A stretch of 64,000 bases of DNA from the human T2T-CHM13v2.0 reference genome, Homo sapiens. This document shows, piece by piece, positions 58,620 to 64,000 of the stretch (position 1 is the stretch's first letter; every line of letters starts with the position of its first letter). A model generated the notes under the pieces. That model had not been told where the DNA came from, ran no database searches, and saw only the letters and a program-made list of their open reading frames with translations. The translations under genes and the position numbers were made by a program. The stretch is from the NCBI RefSeq assembly GCF_009914755.1, contig NC_060925.1; one strand, 5' to 3'.

Positions 58620-61600
58620 GAATCGAATGGAAACACCATCGAATTGAAACGAGTGGAATTATCATGAAATTGAAATGGATGGACTCATCATCGAATGGAT
58701 TCGAATGGAATCATCGAATAAAATTGATTGAAATCATCATCAAATGGAATCGAATGGTAGCATTGAATGGAATCGAATGGAATCATCATCAGATGGAAAT
58801 GAATGGAATCGTCATAGAATGGAATCCAATGGATTCATTGAATGGAATCAGATGGAATCTTCGAATGGACTGGAATGGAATCATTGAATGGACTCAAAAG
58901 GGATCATTATTGAATGGAATTGAATGGAATCATCGAATGGTCTCGATTGGAATCATTATCAAATGGAATCGAATGGAATCACCGAATAGAATCGAATGGA
59001 ACAATCATCGAATGGACTCAAATGAAATTATCCTCAAGTGGAATCGAATGGAATTATCGAATGCAATCGAATGGAATTATCGAATGCAATCGAATAGAAT
59101 CATCGAATGGACTCGAATGGAATCATCGAATGGAATGGAATGGAACAGTCAATGAACTCGAATGGAATCATCATTGAATGGAATCGAATGGAATCATCGA
59201 GTGGAATCGAATGGAATTATGATCAAATGGAATCGAATGTAATCATCATCAAATGGAATCAAAAATAACCATCATCAATTGGTATTCAATGGAATTGTCA
59301 TCAAATGGAATTCAAAGGTATCATCATCAAATGGAACCGAATGGAATCCTCATTGAATGGAAATGAAAGGGGTCATCATCTAATGGAATCGCATGGAATC
59401 ATCATCAAATGGAATCGAATGGAATCATCATCAAATGGAATCTAATGGAATCATTGAACAGAATTGAATGGAATCGTCATCGAATGAATTGAATGCAATC
59501 ATCGAATGGTCTCGAATGGAATCATCTTCTAATGGAAAGTAATGGAATCATCGCATAGAATCGAATGGAATTAAAATTGAATGGACTCGAATGGAATCAA
59601 CATCAAACGGAAAAAAACGGAATTATCGAATGGAATCGAAGAGAATCATCGAACGGACCCGAATGGAATCATCTAATGGAATGGAATGGAATAATCCATG
59701 GACTCGAATGCAATCATCATCGAATGGAATCGAATGGAATCATCGAATGGACTCGAATGGAATAATCATTGAACGGAATCGAATGGAATCATCATCGGAT
59801 GGAAAAGAATGGAATCATCATCGAATGGAAATGAAAGGAGTCATCATCTAATGGAATTGCATGGAATCATCATAAAATGGAATCGAATGGAATCAACATC
59901 AAATGGAATCCAATGGAATCATTGAACGGAATTGAATGGAATCGTCATCGAATCAATTGAATGCAATCATCGAATGGTCTCGAATGGAATCATGTTCAAA
60001 TGGAATGGAATGGAATCATCGCATAGAATCGAATGTAATTATCATCGAATGGAATCGAATGAAATCAACAACAAACGGAAAAAAAAGGAATTATCGAATG
60101 GAATCAAAGAGAATCATCGAATGGACCCGAATGGAATCATCTAATGGAAGGGAATGGAATAATCCATGGACTCGAATGCAATCATCATCGAATGGAATCG
60201 AATGGAATCATCGAATGGACTCGAATGGAATAATCATAGAACGGAATCGAATGGAATCATCATCGGATGGAAATGAATGGAATCACCATCGAATGGAATC
60301 GAATAGAATTATGGAATGAAATCCAGTGTGATCATCATCGAATGGACCCGAAGGGAATCATCATCCAACGGAAGCTAATGGAAACAACATCGAATGAATC
60401 GAATGGAAACACCATCGAATTGAAACGAGTGGAATTATCATGAAATTGAAATGGATAGACTCATCATCGAATGGATTCGAATGGAATCATCGAATAAAAT
60501 TGATTGAAATCATCATCAAATGGAATCGAATGGTATCATTGAATGGAATCGAATGGAATCATCATCAGATGGAAACGAATGGAATCGTCATAGAATGGAA
60601 TCGAATGGATTCATTGAATGGAATCAGATGGAATCATCGAATGGACTGGAATGGAATCATTGAATGGACTCGAGAGGGATCATTATTGAATGGATGAATG
60701 GAATCATGGAATGGTCTCGATTGGAATCATTATCAAATGGAATCGAATGGAATCACCGAATAGAATCGAATGGAACAATCATCGAATGGACTCCAATGGA
60801 ATTATCCTCAAATGGAATCGAATGGAATTATCGAATGCAATCGAATGGAATTATCGAATGCAATCGAATAGAATCATCGAATGGACTCGAATGGAATCAT
60901 CGAATGGAATGGAATGGAACAGTCAATGAACTCGAATGGAATCATCATTGAATGGAATCGAATGGAATCATCGAGTGGAATCGAATGGAATTATGATCAA
61001 ATGGAATCGAATGTAATCATCATCAAATGGAATCAAAGATAACCATCATCAATTGGTATTGAATGGAATTGTCATCAAATGGAATTCAAAGGAATCATCA
61101 CCAAATGGAACCGAAAGGAATCCTCATTGAATGGAAATGAAAGGGGTCATCATCTAATGGAATCGCATGGAATCATCATCAAATGGAATCGAATGGAATC
61201 ATCATCAGATGGAATCTAATGGAATCATTGAACAGAATTGAATGGAATCGTCATCGAATGAATTGAATGCAATCATCGAATGGTCTCGAACGGAATCATA
61301 TTCTAATGGAAAGGAATGGAATCATCGCATAGAATCGAATGGAATTAACATTGAATGGACTCGAATGGAATCAACATCAAACGGAATCAAGCGGAATTAT
61401 CGAATGGAATCGAAGAGAATCATCGAATGGACTCGAATGGAATCATCTAATGGAATGGAATGGAATAATCCACGGACTCGAATGCAATCATCATCGTATA
61501 GAATCGAATGGAATCATCGAAAGGACTCGAAAGGAATAATCATTGAACGGAATCGAATGGAATCATCATCGGATGGAAACTAATGGAATCATCATCGAAT

Positions 61601-64000
61601 GGAAATGAAAGGAGTCATCATCTAATGGAATTGCATGGAATCATCATAAAATGGAATCGAATGGAATCATCATCAAATGGAATCAAATGGAATCATTGAA
61701 CGGAATTGAATGGAATCGTCATCGAATGAATTGAATGCAATCATCGAATGGTCTCGAATGGAATCATCTTCAAATGGAATGGAATGGAATCATCGCATAG
61801 AATCGAATGGAATTATCATCGAATGGAATCGAATGGAATCAACATCAAATGGGAAAAAACGGAATTATCGAATGGAATCGAAGAGAATCATCGAATGGAC
61901 CCGAATGGAATCATCTAATGGAATGGAATGGAATAATCCATGAACTCGAATGCAATCATCATCGAATGGAATCGAATGGAATCATCGAATGGACTCGAAT
62001 GGAATAATCATCAAACGGAATCGAATGGAATCATCATCGGATGGAAATGAATAGAATCATCATCGAATGGAATCGAATAGAATTATGGAATGAAATCCAG
62101 TGTGATCATCATCGAATGGACCCGAATGGAATCATCATCCAACGGAAGCTAATGGAATCAACATCGAATGAATCGAATGGAAACACCATCGAATTGAAAC
62201 GAATGGAATTATCATGAAATTGAAATGGATGGACTCATCATGGAATGGATTCGAATGGAATCATCGAATAAAATTGATTGAAATCATCATCAAATGGAAT
62301 CGAATGGTATCATTGAATGGAATCGAATGGAATCATCATCAGATGGAAATGAATGGAATCGTCATAGAATGGAATCGAATGGATTCATTGAGTGGAATCA
62401 GATGGAATCATCGAATGGACTGGAATGGAATCACTGAATGGACTCGAAAGGGATCATCATTGAATGGAATTGAATGGAATCATGGAATGGTCTCGATTGG
62501 AATCATTATCAAATGGAATCGAATGAAATCACCGAATAGAATCGAATGGAACAATCATCGAATGGACTCAAATGGAATTATCTTCAAATGGAATCGAATG
62601 GAATTATCGAATGCAATCGAATGGAATTATCGAATGCAATCGAATAGAATCATCGAATGGACTCGAATGGAATCATCAAATGGAATGGAATGGAACAGTC
62701 AATGAACTCGAATGGAATCATCATTGAATGGAATCGAATGGAATCATCGAGTGGAATCGAATGGAATTATGATCAAATGGAATCGAATGTAATCATCATC
62801 AAATGGAATCAAAAATAACCATCATCAATTGGTATTGAATCGATTTGTCATCAAATGGAATTCAAAGGAATCATCATCAAATGGAACCGAATGGAATCCT
62901 CATTGAATGGAAATGAAAGGGGTCATCATCTAATGGAATCGCATGGAATCATCATCAAATGGAATCGAATGCAATCTTCATCAAATGGAATCTAATGGAA
63001 TCATTGAACAGAATTGAATGGAATCGTCATCGAATGAATTGAATGCAATCATCGAATGGTCTCGAATGGAAACATCTTCTAATGGAAAGGAATGGAATCA
63101 TCGCATAGAATCGAATGGAATTAACATTGAATGGACTCGAATGGAATCCACATCAAACGGAATCAAGCGGAATTATCGAATGGAATCGAAGAGAATCATC
63201 CAATGGACTCGAATGGAATCATCTAATGGAATGGAATGGAATAATCCACGGACTCGAATGCTATCATCATCGTATAGAATCGAATGGAATCATCGAATGG
63301 ACTCGAATGGAATAATCATTGAACGGAATCAAATGGAATCATCATCGGATGGAAACGAATGGAATCATCATCGAATGGAAATGAAAAGAGTTATCATCTA
63401 ATGGAATTGCATGGAATCATCATAAAATGGAATCGAATGGAATCAACATCAAATGGAATCAAATGGAATCATTGAACGGAATTGAATGGAATCGTCATCG
63501 AATGAATTGAATGCAATCATCGAATGGTCTCGAAAGGAATCATCTTCAAATGGAATGGTATGGAATCCTCGCATAGAATCGAATGTAATTATCATCGAAT
63601 GGAATCGAATGAAATCAACAACAAACGGAAAAAAAAGGAATTATCGAATGGAATCGAAGAGAATCATCGAATGGACCCGAATGGAATGATCTAATGGAAT
63701 GGAATGGAATAATCCATGGACTCGAATGCAATCATCATCGAATGGAATCGAATCGAATCATCGAATGGACTCGAATGGAATAATCATTGAACGGAATCGC
63801 ATGGAGTCATCATCGGATGGAACTGAATGGAATCATCATCGAATGGAATCGAATAGAATTATGGAATGAAATCCAGTGTGATCAGCATCGAATGGACCCG
63901 AATGGAATCATCATCCAACGGAAGCTAATGGAATCAACATCGAATGAATCGAATGGAAACACCATCGAATTGAAACGAATGGAATTATCATGAAAGTGAT
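58620..64000 (+). repeat. Copy 2 of the 58,619-bp-period macro-repeat (matches 1-5381)
   Basis: Same private variants in the same order; about a dozen substitutions and no indels noticed over 5.4 kb. Confidence 0.93.

Larger units (their letters stand above)
1..64000 (+). repeat. Human satellite II (HSat2/HSATII) pericentromeric tandem array, 1.77-kb-unit family (HSat2A, most likely 1q12/D1Z1 type)
   Basis: The entire window is made of GAATG/GAATC pentamers and ATC triplets (e.g. AATGGAATCGAATGGAATCATCATCG, reverse complement of the CATTCGATTC-type HSat2 consensus), with very dense TCGA sites. The anchor ATGAAATTGAAATGGATGGAC (or a close variant) recurs 37 times with a modal spacing of 1774-1776 bp. 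No unique sequence and no strand switch seen. Satellite class is near certain; the subfamily/chromosome call is about 0.8. Confidence 0.98.

Noticed and set aside
45-63993. Numerous + strand ORFs of 60-172 aa (MKLKWMD..., MESSSNEL..., MELNGIIEW...)
   Set aside because: They are overlapping-frame translations of GGAAT/ATC repeats (EWN/RME/NGI motifs). They are broken freely by stops and frameshifts among copies and show no recognisable domain, so they are not genes.
1-64000. CRISPR-like or cassette-type array (conserved repeats with variable intervals)
   Set aside because: There are no unique spacers, leader or cas genes; the intervening sequence is itself repeated satellite.
1-64000. HSat3 (e.g. 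DYZ1 or 9q12) or alpha satellite assignment
   Set aside because: Pure GGAAT runs are only 3-4 copies long, and ATC-triplet/TCGA-rich 23/26-mers dominate, which is HSat2. There is no 171-bp monomer. The apparent ~3.55-kb spacing at the start is just two 1.77-kb units.
1-64000. Embedded Alu/L1/ERV insertion, inversion or unique island
   Set aside because: None seen on reading. Every inter-anchor distance is accounted for by core, modules and small indels, and the strand never flips.

Overview
The whole 64 kb is one uninterrupted, single-orientation tandem array of human classical satellite II (HSat2/HSATII), shown on the purine-rich GGAAT strand. Its canonical 1,776-bp unit, with one conserved EcoRI site, fits the 1.77-kb HSat2A family of chromosome 1q12 (pUC1.77/D1Z1 type); this chromosomal assignment is from prior knowledge and cannot be proven from the window alone. 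I see no protein-coding gene, RNA gene, transposon or CRISPR array, and the ORF track consists of translation artefacts of the repeat. I found no new gene-based biological system. What is interesting is the nested architecture. (1) 5/10/23/26-bp micro-repeats build (2) a 468-bp module and an ~840-bp core, which make (3) units of 840+n x 468 bp (n=1,2,3,5; 36 complete units). These are copied in (4) 2.2-6.2-kb local duplications and (5) an apparent 58,619-bp macro-repeat (window start = window end at about 99.8% identity by eye). Several rearrangement junctions are readable at base level, two of them with clustered substitutions. All lengths were derived by hand from anchor motifs and ORF-track offsets, not from computed alignments.
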